Source: Phoronis australis
Taxonomy: Eukaryota; Animalia; Phoronida
NCBI GenBank assembly: GCA_002633005.1
Contig: NMRA01000018.1
Coordinates: 1,437,531-1,501,530 of the forward strand
Length of the DNA stretch: 64,000 nt
Reading direction: 5' to 3'
The notes beneath the pieces are model-generated. The model had not been told where the DNA came from and did not search any database. It saw only the letters and a program-made list of their open reading frames with translations. The position numbers and the translations under genes are program-made. Shown here piece by piece: positions 37,101 to 51,431 of this stretch (within the stretch, counting starts at the first letter, position 1; every line of letters begins with the position of its first letter).

Positions 37101-40100
37101 TGGGTGCATTGTTTTGTATTTTTCCAACCTAGGTGAGATTGACAAGCGTAGACGTCAGCGTCAGAGAAAGGCGCGTGATGAACGTCGTCGGTTCAAGCAA
37201 TGGGAAGAGAAAGAAAGTGAGTATGGTGTGACGCATCTCTTGTATGTCTTTAACAGACAAGGCTTGGAATTTTCTGCGGAAACGTTCATTTCCGCGGAAA
37301 AAATCGGATTTGCGATAAAATTTCTGCGGCAAATTGGTTTCTAACCGCGGCGTTGCCGATGACTTTCAGCTTGAAAAGCGGAAACTGCTTTTTATGTTTT
37401 GGACGAACGAAAATTGTCATTGCCGGGGCACCTGGGATAGCGTGGTTCATCAATGGCATCTGCATGTGGTATTAAATCGCGGTGACAAATAGTGCGATTT
37501 TAGCAGCCAAAAATGTGTGGAGCTTGGAGTAGACAGAATATTTTGTGGAAAAAGTGGATGAAAGAATCGTTCAATGTGTTTGTAGACAACAAAAGTCAGG
37601 GTTTCGCTCTGTAAACTTTGCCAGAGGGGCAATTACGGCGTGTGTGGCCGAATTGTCTTGGAGGACCACCTTAAAACGATGAAAAACGAGAACAACACTT
37701 TCTGAAAGAAAATTTAATCGTAACTGGTAATTCGTTGGATTCGGAATGTAATACCATTGGGATCGTGGGATGTGTATGATGTATGAAATTCTTTTATTTA
37801 ATCCCATGTTCAAGCCCGGGTCGGTACTTGCCAAGTTGGCTGCTAGGCCTGAGTCTGTTTTTCCACTTGCCACTGAAACGGGATGCAAAGTGCTATTTTC
37901 GTTACTGCAAATGTGACTTAAATTGCCATTGATGTATTCCAATTTATTTCGACATTTTTCATGTTTTATTTTGTAAAAATATCTTATTCTGACCAACTCC
38001 AGTTTTGCAGTTCAAGGGAGAAGTGGTCACGTGANTATGCTAAAAGTGTCAAACATCAATAAACATGAGAAGATTTGTCATGTAATTGAAATCACAGACA
38101 ATTTGGCATATTTGATGCACTAACGATCTGTGTTTATGTTGCGAGTAGCAGTGAAAAATAAAGATGTAATTTCTTACAGTGTGTGAATATTTAATTTTTC
38201 AAAAAATGGACAAATGTTGGCAATTGCCTCAAGTCATGTGTTTGACTAATTTTCTTTAAAAGGGTGTTTTGTATTTGAAAAAAATTCAGATTTCTCATCA
38301 ACTGTGTCCCTTTTCATACTCCATAGACACCCCAGTGCAGTCCCATGCTGTTCACCTGACAGATGGTGACGAAACCTTGTGCGCGAACGAGATGACCGTT
38401 GATCAAGCTGCTCAAGAATTGCAACTACCACCACAGGCTCGGCTCAATAAGATGACTGACAACTATTACTTCTATCAAGGTGAGTCAGGATTTCATTGCT
38501 GTTCTTGATGTTAAACAGATGCCTCTCCATTCTATGTCAGTGTGATGCAAAAAGTATCGTTGTGGTTGTCTGCTTTGTCCATTTCAAAACTCCCAGTTGC
38601 TTCTTAGATAAACACCTTTTTCTGTTGAAGACTACATTCGTTTTTTCTGGCATTAGATGATTCATAAATAAGCTTTTTGAAACCATGTGCAGTGTGATTT
38701 GGCACTGTAGATTTGTGGTATTCATTTTACGTGACATACAGTATGGACGGACTGGAGTTCTCTGATTGCTTTCATGTGGCGTGAACAGTCACCTCAGACT
38801 TGATTAATAGCAATTTGAGATCTGTAATTTCAAAGTGGCCCAATTAGTGGAGTATGGTGCTTAAACATGCTGGTTTTAAAGATGCATTTGCATGCTTCTA
38901 ACTATGCTAATGTATAACAGGAACTAAACAACAATGCTATTTGAACATCATCTATTCTAAACATACTGCAGTTGTATTCATTGACAACTTGTAAATGTGA
39001 AAATAAAAAATTCTGCAAATAGGTGACCTCTGCACTAATGACGTATCTCGCAGGCTTGCATAGCCCGTATCATAACAATATTATACACGTTTCTCAAATC
39101 TGTGTCTTATTGCAGCTTGCGATGGTCAGCACATCTATTTGAATTCGCTGAATGCTCGATGCTTGGCCAGGGAGTATGGCAGTCTGGAACACGGACCTGA
39201 AATGATATCAGCCAGAATTGTTGAGCTGGAAGGTGTTACCATGAATGAGGTGGGCAAAAGTGACTGTTTACGCTTACTTTTTTTTTGGGAAAAGTTAGCA
39301 CACCTTGTCTTTGCCATGCCTACTGTGGGGGCATATCGGAGTCTTACATTCCTCTTGTAATTGAATGCAATAGTCATTGCCCTAACATTCTTATGTGCTC
39401 GGCATCCTTAGAAAGATTCCATATATGGTTTGATTTCTAAGTGTGCTGTGGATTTTGAGAATCTGATGCCATAGTATACATTAATGTGCTGTTGTTGGGG
39501 AGAATAATACTTCACAATACATGTATTACTGTCAAGCTTTCCTGACGAAGTGGCCTTTTTTATGCTAAATTATCCTCTTGACATTGAAAAGTAAAAAGAT
39601 AAATTTTACATATGAGCAGAAACTACTTCAAGGAGAGAGTGTGACTCTGTAGTTTGAGCTCCAGGCTCGCGTTTGGAAGACCTGGGTTCGAATCCTGGCT
39701 TTAATGGCAGACAATCGAGCATTGCACAAAAATGTCTCTTATTACTCTGAGCTCAGTCTTACTACTGAGTGAATGAATGTATGCAAGGAAATGAATGAGA
39801 ACCACTTCGCGAATACTAGACTTTGAGTGTGAAATGTAAAGAAGAGATAGAATGACTAAATGTTGCCTTTAACAGCTGTATCATTACTCATGTAGATGGA
39901 ATTGCGGGCTTCAGTTTTTTGTTTAAAGTGGCTGTTCATAGTCGTAACAGTGTTACTTCATGCCATGGTTGCATGTTTTTCATTTGTGCTTGGCTGAAAC
40001 AAAATGTTTCTTATCTGGAAACCACTATATGTTGGAAGTTGGAACCACCTTTGATAATATCCTTGTCTTGTTCTAAATCTTTGAACCTGTTATTGTTTCA

Positions 40101-43100
40101 TTTTCCTTTAACTTATGTGCCATTTGTTGTTCTGCTTGACCTCTGGCTTAGGAACTGAGACAACGACTTCGCTACTTGAGTCATCTCCCTGTTACCTGTA
40201 CCTTCACTGTGGCGGAATTGGAGTTGAAGCCCCCTCTGTTGTCAAAAGGCACTATCCAACACTTCTCTGGTTAGTTCAGAATCATTGTAATACCATCAAA
40301 ATTGAAATTAAAGTCTGTCTAATTTGCCATTTTGAAATTAACATAGTTTACACCAAAGGTTGGTATGGTTCATCTATGCTTGGTAAAAACAAACGGCACT
40401 GTCCATATATATGTTTGTTCCTCTGTGGGCTGGTGGTTATAGGACATTCTACTGTTAGGTCTAGTTCTCAAGATTTTTAGTTTATCCAATACTGGGTCAG
40501 CAAAAGAACTGATATTACTGATTAACAGAGTAACTGTTCTTAGTTATGATTTGGTTTTTCTTTTTTGCCAATGTGGATACCAGCTGGAGAATTGAACTAA
40601 ACTAATGAAATATTTTGGCAATATTGTGTTGGTAAGCTGCCTAGGTGCATTGTTTTATATTTTTCCAACCTAGGTGAGATTGACAAGCGTAGACGTCAGC
40701 GTCAGAGAAAGGCACGTGATGAACGTCGTCGGTTCAAGCAATGGGAAGAGAAAGAAAGTGAGTATGGTGTGACGCATCTCTTGTATGTCTTTAACAGACA
40801 AAGCTTGGAATTTTCTGCAGAAACATGGATTTCCGCGGAAAAAATCGGGATTTGCGATATAATTTCCACGGCAAATTGGTTTCTAACCGCGGCGTTGCCG
40901 ATGACTTTCAGCTTGAAAAGCGGAAACTGCTTTTTATGTTTTGGACAAATGACAATTGTCATTGCCGGGGCACCTGGGATAGCGTGGTTCATCAATGGCA
41001 TCTGCATGTGGTATTAAATCGCGGTGACAAATAGTGCGATTCAGCATCCAAAAATGTGTGGAGCTTGGAGTAGACAGGATATTTTGTGGAAAAAGTGGAT
41101 GAAAGAATCGTTCAATGTGTTTGTAGACAACAAAAGTCAGGGTTTCGCTCTGTAAACTTTGCCAGAGGGGCAATTACGGCATGTGTGGCCAAATCGTCTT
41201 GGAGGACCACCTTAAAACGATGAAAAACGAGAACAACACTTTCTGAAAGAAAATTTAATCGTAACTGGTAATTCGTTGGATTCGGAATGTAATACCATTG
41301 GGATTGTGGGATGTGTATGATGTATGAAATTCTTTTATTTAATCCCATGTTCAAGCCCGGGTCGGTACTTGCCAAGTTGGCTGCTAGGCCTGAGTCTGTT
41401 TTTCCACTTGCCACTGAAACGGGATGCAAAGTGCTATTTTCGTTACTGCAAATGTGACTTAAATTGCCATTGATGTATTCCAATTTATTTCGACATTTTT
41501 CATGTTTTATTTTGTAAAAATATCTTATTCTGACCAACTCCAGTTTTGCAGTTCAAGGGAGAAGTGGTCACGTGATGTTCTGAATGATCTGGTTGGTCTG
41601 AGCCATTGTTTACAAATTCTACCAGGCTATTTTCAGGGTTCTGGTAGTTACTTCTTGTGTAAAACGAGTCACTTAGTTTGTTTACACCAGCGTGGCGCAT
41701 GAACAATTAACACCTGTAATTACTGTTTGAAACTGAAAAGTTTGGCCAACTTAGGATTATGATTGTTGTATTCTATAATTGAAAGTATGTCGTTTTTTTT
41801 GACTTTCATTTTTTCCATGGTAACAGTTGGGGTATGAGTCACAAATTTTTGTCTTGACTTTTCCATTTGCATTGGAATTAAATTTTTTTTGGAATTAAAT
41901 GTGTATGTATTTCAGGCTTTCTAGGTAATCTCTGGATTGATTTTCAAAAAATTTTGATAATTTTGTATAGTAATTGTAAGAACTGAAAATAATTTTATAG
42001 GTCTCTCTGAAGCAAATCAAGAATAAGCTTGTGTCACTCACACTGCAAATGTAGCGTCATTATCTTTATTGTGTTAGTTTTAAAAAATATCTTTTGTTGC
42101 GTGTAATTGCTAAGAATTCCCTGCCACTGTCAGCTGCACCAAAGTTACTGGAAATCTTGGAGTTTTGATTCATTGGCATGACATTGGCAAAAAGGTTATG
42201 ACGTATTATGTTAAGATTTTATTTAGTTAAAACAATTTGTCAGTCGTAGTTGTATGTTAAGGGATGTGATGACATCTAGTGTACGTTAACTGATTGTGTG
42301 CGTTATGATCTACATCTTGGAAGTAATGATGTATTTATGTTGTGAAGTTTTGGAGCTTTTAAGTGAAAAAACTTTGTCATTCGTAGTTGAGAGAACATCT
42401 CTATCAGTTGCATAAGATGTGATTTTATAGACATCTAATGCATAATACATGTTCACATTATGATCTACACCTTGTGTCCAAATTATTGGTGCTCAAATAG
42501 TTGTCAAGTACTGTTTGGTGATGACTGTATTTCCCGCACTCACTTAAGATGAGTGCGTTTTGCCAGTACGTTACAATTACAGGGCATCTTGTTATAAAAA
42601 TGTTTACTTTTGATGTGTTGAGGTATGGTCGTTCGTATTGCAATGTTTATTTGGGGGTAGTGTAAGTTTTCCTCTTCTTTGTCATGGGTCATTTCCAAGA
42701 TCTGAACAGAAGTCTCAGAAAGTAATAATGACTGTCATTATTGGACTGCTGACTGCTGCTGCCATCTATCTGCACTTTTATGAAAAATAGCAGGGAGATG
42801 TGTGCTAATGACGAAATCTAAAGTTCCCTGCATGACATCTACTTTTGAATGATGGTCAGGTGCCTCCAATTAGTTCACATTGTAATTGGGTCATTGTATC
42901 AAATGGAAAGTGTCAATTAAATGTGATCCTGGTAGTACAGAAATAAAGAGACCTTGACAGACTGTTCTAGTGAACTTGAAGTGCAAAGATGCCATGATAT
43001 GGGTGATTATGGACTCGGAATTTAATTGGAATTATGTTATGTGGGAAGCACGTTCTGTTAGATTTTGCATGATTTGCATATGTAGCTAGGAATAGAAATA

Positions 43101-45502
43101 AAAGGTTGGAGTGGGTGTTTTGATTTAGTTTTTTATTGAGTAAAATCTGAAAGCAGCCCAGGTATAATGTACACTGTTTCGGCTTTGATAAGTAAAATGG
43201 TAACTGACTGATCTCTGACCAAAAACAAAGTACCCCTATTGAACTCTAGTTCCATTTCTTCACTATGACGGTTGATGACCCTTCATGACTTGTCAGCCTC
43301 CAGATTCCCTTGGCTTGGTTGTCATGATTAGGAATTCTGAGTCATGTTATTGGTTTTGGATTGTATTGTAGCTGGTCATTCCTGTGACAGGAAAATTAGT
43401 TGCAACAATATAACATTTTACAACAGCACCATCTGTTGGTGAAGTGGAAACTGCGTCACCGCTTCCTTTATTGGTTGTTCATTGTTCATTCATTGTTGCT
43501 CCTTTCAGATTCAAGACTGAGGGTACCCCTACAGAGTCGACAACACTTCCCCCAGTGCAGTGCATCCACTGGCAGTTCTATCGACGCGCCCACGACCACC
43601 CCCACCAGCAGTCCGTCGACGGCACCATCCAACCCCATTGACACACCTCTGACGCTCAACCCTAATGCGTCAGAATTCATCCCTGGCCCAGTGTCTCCCG
43701 TGTCGACAGCTTCCTCCGACAGTAGTGGTGGCTACCAATGGGGAGCGCCCATTTCATTTGCGCAGGTAATTGGCAAAGAAAAGGTAATCGGTCACCACAT
43801 ATTTTCTTTTTTTGCCTGTTTTCTAAGTGGTGAGTAGTCATTTCATATGCCTGGAGATGAATTATGATGACTGTTTGTTCTTATGCTGTTCTTTGAATCG
43901 TACAATATCCAAGTATTCCTCATGCATATCTTTTATGTCTGTCATAATCTTCGTTGATTTTTTGTGTCCAGTCACTTCTGGACTACGTGAACCATTAATT
44001 TCCTCCTCTCAATAAGGAGGGATCATTTCAAAATCATGGGCATGATTCCAGGGTTTTACAAAAATAACCATACAAATTTTAATTTAGCTGTGTTTGCTCT
44101 TGTAACAGAAAAGATTTCGCAAAATTATGAGGTATCGTGGATTCCGTTAGTTTTACGTTTGTGTGAAAACATTTCAGGTTTTTTGGAAATTAATTATGAA
44201 CTGTGGCGGTTTTAATTATTGATGTGCTCACTGTAGTAACAGTTTAGCAGATAAATAGGATTCTTCATAATGATTTGCATTCCTGTATTTCCATGTTGAT
44301 GCTGTAGAATTTTCCATGACATAAAAATTTTCCCTTTAAGGATTCGCGCAAGCAGACTTTTAGTGATAACTGATTCTCCAATGCTCTCTTCAGATGTTAC
44401 AACAAGGTAAAGCCAAACCAGATGCATGGCCCAAAGGCAGGACCAGCGCCCCTCCCTCTGGTGTCAAGGCCAGGCGATCAGAAAGTGACGGTAGTGACTG
44501 CGAAGACAAGGTACCCGTGCCAGAGTATCAGGCGGCTTTTGGTGACGCCATACAGGAAGCTCTGGAGAAGATGAACAACTCACCTGGTAAGTAGGCCACT
44601 TGGTTGATGATGCCTGTGATAGGATGTGTGTCAATGTACATAAATGAATTAAGAAATCCTGGTGTCTGGTTCATGAAAGATGACTTGTGTCTGAAGTCAG
44701 GAAAATTTCCTCTGCTACTCACTATTTCCAAAAAAACGCAAGCCTACTTCAGCTATAGAATAAGGTCTTGGAGACCCATAATTTCTAGATAATCCAGTAG
44801 TGTTTATAAATTATTGCAACAGTTCTTTAATTATTGTAGTCCCAGTTGTCATCTTTCAACAATGAAAACTATCATTCAGTCAAAATAGTCTTCAGTGGGG
44901 CAACCATGTGTCCCACTCCCAAATTAAGACAGTTTGCATCTCCTGTATGAGCAGCAGTTATGGGGTTGCAGCCAACTTTTAAGCGTCACTGTTGACGCGC
45001 TAATTTCCTCAGAGTTTTCTTGAAATTATTAATATTCAACGCAGGGTCGGATCCAGGATTTTGAGTTAAGGGGGGGGGCCAGGCCAGAGTATTAGCCAGG
45101 ATTTTGCTCATCAGACATTTGTGCCCCCGAACTGCCAAAATCTGGGAGAAGTTTAGGGGGTTCATGGCCCCATTGGCCTCCTCTAAATCCGCCACTGCAA
45201 CGTATGTCACCTCATTAACCAAAGACCTTTTCTCACCGACACCCAATTTCCAGAGTTAAAAAAGTGAGTAAGGTTTGCACAAATGGATGTTAAATTTGGT
45301 GTAACAATAAAGTAAATTGAGAATATTGGTGGGCCTAGCCAAGTGTTTGTTTGTTCTTTTTTTTCTAACGTCAGTAAATTGTTTGCTTATTATCCATATG
45401 CTCTTCCCAGGTGCAGTTACAGAAGCTGGCTCTGGGAGTCGCAAGAAGAAGGGAAAACAGAAGAAGTTGCTGTTTTCTACTTCGATGAGTCGCTCCAAGT
45501 GA
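25179..45502 (+). CDS. RNF10: RING finger protein 10 E3 ubiquitin ligase, 18 coding exons
   Basis: Exons 25179-25269 (GC donor), 27357-27526, 27852-28042, 28173-28263, 28596-28653, 28842-28968, 29288-29427, 29900-30012, 30767-30943, 31705-31792, 32426-32476, 33276-33428, 35583-35716, 36615-36732, 37133-37216 (exons 12-15 repeated at 38327-38479, 39116-39249, 40152-40269, 40674-40757), 43509-43765, 44394-44586, 45411-45502 (repeated at 46030-46121). Signatures [20 protein letters not shown]3HC4 [52 protein letters not shown]. Confidence 0.96.
25650..26710. repeat. Two tandem diverged copies of a ~550-bp unit
   Basis: Matching blocks such as gctcgagtttctc (25720/26267), gctcagtctcg.gctagcctttgcctaactc (25872/26372) and taagtgatagttt (26076/26581). 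Confidence 0.8.
26835..26965 (+). mobile_element. tRNA-derived SINE family B
   Basis: gtgtggctctggtttgagc...gggttcgaatcctggcttta.tggcag...agcattgcacaaaa; related copies at 36097 and 39632. Confidence 0.75.
31821..32335. mobile_element. Non-autonomous hAT-like DNA transposon with 13-bp TIR and 6-bp TSD
   Basis: Perfect TIR CAGGGCTTGGAAT; ATAAGT on both flanks (31815-31820, 32336-32341). Decayed relatives of the left end at ~37259 and ~40800. Confidence 0.85.
33741..35242 (-). mobile_element. 5'-truncated non-LTR retrotransposon (LINE) in RNF10 intron 12
   Basis: 12-bp TSD GTGGCGTGAACA (33729-33740, 35243-35254). The empty site is visible at ~38777 in the second copy. Contains an RT ORF. Confidence 0.93.
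34251..35241 (-). pseudogene. Truncated LINE reverse transcriptase ORF2 fragment
   Basis: Motifs [24 protein letters not shown] (catalytic F/YADD altered), W.IKLNAAKS and LGVTLD. The frame stays open up to the truncation point. Confidence 0.9.
36097..36235 (+). mobile_element. tRNA-derived SINE family B
   Basis: ggagagagtgtggctctgtagtttgagg...gggttcgaatcctggc; allelic copy at 39632. Confidence 0.7.
38038..41575 (+). repeat. Near-identical second copy of 32988-38034 (minus the LINE), holding RNF10 exons 12-15; probable haplotype duplication
   Basis: Starts right after the single N at 38035; collinear with scattered SNPs and indels. Confidence 0.9.
45042..45197. mobile_element. MITE with CAGTGGCGGAT-type termini and 5-bp TSD
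   Basis: cagggtcggatcc...aaatccgccactg flanked by CAACG on both sides. Confidence 0.75.
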
Positions 45503-45998
45503 CATGGAGATTCTGTGGTACATACTGTTACCATGGGAGATACGTAATTGATATGCTTGTACGGGCACTCAGTCGCTAGTTCTAGTCTGTGTACGCTTGC
45601 AGTTGGATACATAATTGATATGTTATGCGTTATTACTCTCTCTGTGTCACTTTGTTACAGATGTGCCCACTTAATGTCATACCAGATAACAAAGTATTCC
45701 CGTTATTTTCATGAAATGTCAAAAAACTAATCATTTCCCATTAAACACATGTGAAATAGCCCACGCAATGTCATTATTTATTGTTATCTTCGCGAATGTT
45801 GTCATTAAAAATCGGAAGAATTGATTCTCACCTGCTTATTTGCATGCGTACCTTTGCTTTTCTATCTAGAAACAGTTGTGTTATCCGAACTTTTGGGGGG
45901 AGTACAAATCGGCTGTTTCCTGTTTAGCTGTTTCACTTTCAGACTCTCTGCGTGATAGGAATTTGCTTTTCAGAATATCAAACTTGCCATATTTTTGN

Positions 45999-46616
45999 TG
46001 TTTGCTTATTATCCATATGCTCTTCCCAGGTGCAGTTACAGAAGCTGGCTCTGGGAGTCGCAAGAAGAAGGGAAAACAGAAGAAGTTGCTGTTTTCTACT
46101 TCGATGAGTCGCTCCAAGTGACACGGAGATTCTGTGGTACATACTGTTACCATGGGAGATATGTCATTGATATGCTTGTACGGGCACTCAGTCGCTAGTT
46201 CTAGTCTGTGTACGCTTGCAGTTGGATACATAATTGATATGTTATGCGTTATTACTCTCTCTCTGTCACTTTGTTACAGATGTGCCCACTTAATGTCATA
46301 CCAGATAACAAAGTATTCCCGTTATTTTCATGAAATGTCAAAAAACTAATCATTTCCCATTAAACACATGTGAAATAGCCCACGCAATGTCATTATTTAT
46401 TGTTATCTTCGCGAATGTTGTCATTAAAAATCGGAAGAATTGATTCTCACCTGCTTATTTGCATGCGTACCTTTGCTTTTCTATCTAGAAACAGTTGTGT
46501 TATCCGAACTTTTGGGGGGAGTACAAATCGGCTGTTTCCTGTTTAGCTGTTTCACTTTCAGACTCTCTGCGTGATAGGAATTTGCTTTTCAGAATATCAA
46601 ACTTGCCATATTTTTG
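45999..46616 (+). repeat. Near-identical second copy of 45380-45997 (RNF10 last exon plus 3' UTR start); probable assembly overlap
   Basis: 618-bp direct duplicate separated only by the N at 45998. Confidence 0.9.
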
Positions 46617-49600
46617 TCAAAACTGAAGGTGTGACATTAAGCGGGCTCTCTTGTTTTTGTGAAATTTCGTTCAGTTGTGATTGTGATATTTAGTCTGTGA
46701 AGAGTAATGCAATATTATGTTACTTGATTACTGCCGAATGCCAACACAACATATTGGTATAGTTCCATACTGCCAGTCCAACATATTGGTATATGGTTTG
46801 ATACAATTCCTGTAAAATTTTAATTCTTAGTTATTTATTGCATTGTTATTGTTAATGAACTTAAGGTTATGTAGAAACTTATCAACAAGTTTGTGCGTTC
46901 AATTAAATATCTACAAAAGTATTTTAGCTCAGTAAAAGTTTACGTTTTCTGAAAGTAGAGAGCCTATAGAATTTGATTTGTGGTCACATGACCATGTCTT
47001 CTTAGTAAAATTTAGTGAAAAAGGGAAGGTACATTCATAGCAACATGACCAACTTTCATTTAAGAATAAATATTCATGATAAAATCTTGAAAACTGTTAC
47101 AGTTTCCTAAATAACCATTTTGTTTTTGTTTCATGCAACCTTGTATTTTTACACGAGTCCTATTGTTATAGTTCCTCATGCAAAAGTGGAACATTTTAAA
47201 AACAATTGCTATCAGCATTTTGGAGAACAGTGCATATAGTGTAGCATTTGAAAGTTTGATGAGAATCCAACTGGCCATTTCTGAGATGTAATGTTCCATA
47301 GTTAAACAAATTTGGGCATTTTTGTAGGGTCCTACATAACCTTAGAGGTGATTGGTATAGTGAGTATATTTTCAACTCTCTGGCATGCTAGTTGTCATGG
47401 CTACTGTTATTATTATATAAGAGGTACAAGAACTTTGTTTCTGGTTGGTGTTGATTTAAGATAATGGTGCATATATTCGTTGGTTTAACTCATTGTCCGA
47501 AGGTAATTGTTCTCTGTTACTGCTTGTAATTTTTAGAGTCAAATATTAGCCAGCGTTCAGTGAAGTGTCCTGAAGAGGTTGTGAATTTTCATCGGCTGTG
47601 TCTCTTATATGTCTGTGTAAGGTTTAGTTTGTATAAGCGTTTCATTGTTTCGTTTTTTTCAAGATTTCCACAGATTGAGTTGATGGTATGCCATGTTCAT
47701 GTGCCCCTGAAAACTTGTCTTGTTACAAGCGCAGGTGGAAATGAAATCTGGCCACTCGATTTGCTGTTATGTTGACTGTCTTGTTGATAATACGTTACCA
47801 TGTACAAACTGGTGTGATTGTGAGCCCACTGTAAAGAAAAAATAAAGTTGACTGACTATGCTCATGAACTTGTGTTTATTGTATTCAAATGTGGGTTAAT
47901 GCTGGCTCTCAGTGCTAATACATACACACAAAACATTGTTTCTGGTGTCTTTTTATGGACCTTGCATTGTTTTGGAGAACTCCTTTGGGTATGTTGCACT
48001 GCAAACGTGTGTTGCATAAAACTTTGAAACTTTTCCACTTGATACATTTGATTGCTGCATCTGGTCAAAGGGATCACCGGGATTATGCACAAATCACAAT
48101 ATGAGGGTTGATAGTTAGATACTTCGGTGTGTTTGCCCAGTGCATAATTAACTTGGAATGCTGGGAGCCTGTTCAAATTATCTATCGTCTCAATTTATTT
48201 AAGTGCGCCTGTATTTCCTGACTTGACGTTGACATCAGTCACCTGGGATCTAAAGCTTAGATGTCACCCATAATGTGATATTTAGATAATTAAATAGATT
48301 TTGCTTTATCAGCCATTGATGTGTTGTGGTGGCTGGAGTTGGTGGGCTGTTTGACCGGAGGCTTGGGAAATAATGACTGTTCATGGTAAACTGCGTTAGT
48401 TAGTCGTGTAATTGATTCGATATGTTGTCTCTTGCCGCGTAGACGAGACTAGGTTTGAGTGATGGGTCTCCGATTTGTAGGTTGACAGTCCGGGGTTGAC
48501 AGCTTGTTATTTTTGAACCTGTACTTTGAACTCATTAAAATCATTGCGTATGAATGTTGACCTGACAATATTAAGCCGTTTTCTTTGGTGGGTTTTTTAT
48601 TTCGTGTACGTCGTGACTATTTTTTTGGCATGATTGTCTATGGTTTGGAATGTTCGACGCTCAGTGCAGTGAGGTACTAACTCGTGGAAACTCAGTATTG
48701 GGTGTTTCATCACTGTCTTCAATCTATGACGTAATGGTGGGGAAACTAGGAAAGAGGAGAAAGAAATTTATAGACAAATTATTTCTATGATCCTTTTAAC
48801 TGGCAAGCAGAGTTTTAGGTGACTGTGCGTTCGTCGTGACAGTGTGTCCTGTAATTTTTTCTCTTCAATAAATGTCAAAAATATGATACATGGGGTGACC
48901 CCAAAAACGTACCCACAATATTTTTCAAAAAACAATTTCTTTTGATAAGATTAAAACCCAATGCAAACTGACTCGTAATAATCAAAAATGTGTGGCGCAT
49001 ACAAAGTTTATCTAATTTGAAAAAATATGTCGTTATGTATGTAGGATTAATTAATTTTTTGATCACCCTGGGAAGGTGTTTGAGTAATCCTCATGCAGGT
49101 ACGCTGCTGAAAAAGGTGATGACGACGACGAAAAACGTATGTTTATGTAAAAATAAAAATAAAACCCCGACCTTTAATAGGGTGTGTTAAACGGCTGAGA
49201 ACAAACAGTAAATTTTGTTGCGACATTGATTGTTCAGTACAGTACTCTACGCGGTGTCACTCGATGGCGACATTGGTTAGCTGGTGCTTGATCTTTGAGC
49301 TTGGAGAGAAGTCACGAGACTAAGCTTGGACGTTTCTCACGTAGTCATCCGTCTCCGTTTTTTACGTTTGGTAAATATGATTCGTCAGTGTATGCCGATT
49401 ACGGTGGGTGTAAACATGACAACTTTTACTCATCAGTCGTCACCCCCAATGGCTTTCAGGATCAACTTTCACACCCCCTATCCCTTCCTGCTGTCCTAAA
49501 ACATTGACGTAGTTGTTTAATTTCAAATAATACCAGCATGACAAAAATGTTAAGACTAAGGTAGTTCTTTTACACGGTCATAGGACACGTACTTGAAATT

Positions 49601-50506
49601 AATTTCGATTCATTTTGTTCATAAGTTTAGCCTGACCAACCCAGAGCGCAGGAGTTGTTTCGATGAAGTGGCGCTCGGTGAAATTAGAATACTCGCCCTG
49701 GGTGCCAGATCAAGGTTCCTCAGGGCCAGCTAAACCGTGGGCGTTGCACCATAGGGGGCTAGGGAGGCTATAGTCCCCCCACTTTTTTCAGTGCTCCGGC
49801 GCCCATGGTCTATGGGCGGTGTAGCACAGGGAGCAGACTGAGGTACTATAGCCCCCACTTTTTCAGTGCTGTGTCGCCCTGTAAAAAGTCTAAAGCCTTG
49901 GTAATGAGCCGTTACTCTGATTGCCGCAGTTCTGTCTTTCTCCCGTCGCCAGGTTTTACTGCGTCCACGTCCCCCAAACTGAACTTGGTTTCAGATACGC
50001 GTGGCACTCAGGCTTCTGTGTCCGGTTGCATGAAACAGTCCCAGATAAAGAGTCAATTTAGTTTCCTAAATCTTTTACGTATTTGTATTGTTCTTTACTC
50101 ACAGATGTAATATTTTGCTATCATTTTATCTTAATTTTGATATCTTATTTGACTGAGGATGATATTTTCCAGTGTACAACTAAAACTTGAAGCTTTAGCT
50201 CAGTGAAAATACTAAATAGGGACTTAGTCGTTAAATTAGGGGTGTTGCGTGAAAAGATCCCTAAATAGTTTCAATAATATCGAGAATCCAACTTAGAGTT
50301 CACTCTTGATTTGTATAAAAGCTAAAAATCGACTTAGTAAATGGAAAATCAGTGTTCTCGCACGTCTGCAAATACGCAAGTTGAGTCCACTAGCTGTTTG
50401 GGACTTTTTCACGCAACCTGGCATTGGGAACTAATGCTTTTCTTTTCAAACCAGTGTCAAGAATTCACAGTCATGCAAGTTTTGTAAAAAAGAACCTCAG
50501 GATATA

Positions 50507-50570
50507 TGTGCATGCGTGCGCGTGTGTGTGCGTGTGAGTGCGTGTGTGTGCGTGTGTGTGCATGTGTGTG
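50507..50570. repeat. (GT/GC)n microsatellite
   Basis: gtgtgtgtgcgtgtg runs. Confidence 0.9.
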
Positions 50571-51431
50571 ACTGTTTGATCTGTATTAGACTTGTAATAT
50601 TACGCGTGCCATCTGGTCGGCACTGGTAGCCTACAATGGATCAATCACAATGTGAACGTATTACATCTTTGGAAAACTTGTTTGTGTAAGTGTTCAATAG
50701 TAACTCTCGGCAAACAGACACAACATTTATTTTCGAAAATATAGGAAACGTCTTCCGCGTATTGAACAGAAGCGCGCAAATATTACAATGTTGAAAAACA
50801 TTAGGTGAAATATTGAAGCTCAAAATGTCATCACCAGACAGGTTACGTAAGGTTGTGCTCAAATGAGTCGCCTCGGGCCATTGGTAGCCGCTAAATGTTA
50901 TGTTTCTGAGCCATGTGTTTTTGGTTAGTCGGTATTGGAGGACTCCGATTAAATCTAGCACAAGTTGTAAATTAACTATTCATGGGCCGATGTTGATACT
51001 TCAAAGACGAATTAGGGATATTTGTTTACAATAAAGACAAATTCACCCACCATAACACAAAAATAGGTAGAAACAATGTTTCAGTGAAGCCAGGCAAGGT
51101 TGATTCGTAATGTGAGCCAAGCAAACCCAAAGAGGAAGTCTGCGCTCAGCATAACGCTTTCTCTAAACTCAGTGGGTAAACTTCATAATTATGTGCGCTA
51201 GATAAAAATACATGAGCGGCTTCGTTTACTGGTTGGGTTTTCAAATTCGACATATTCGCGTGATGATATGTTTTTAAACTGTGAATTTGTAAAATTTAAT
51301 CAGAGATGGGCCCCTATTGTTTTTTTAGTATTTTCATAATCAGGGTGGGTGTTTGCTGTCGCTGAATGATAGCGTGAATGAATGAGATTATGAAAAACAA
51401 ATGTCGATTGTATTGTAATGATACTATGATA

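Noticed and set aside
37571-37996. 141-aa minus-strand ORF present twice (also 41112-41537)
   Set aside because: Repeated only because the region is duplicated; non-ATG start, intronic, no recognisable motif.
45999-46616. Second RNF10 terminal exon as an alternative last exon
   Set aside because: 618-bp near-identical duplicate beginning exactly at an N; best explained as an unmerged contig or haplotype overlap.
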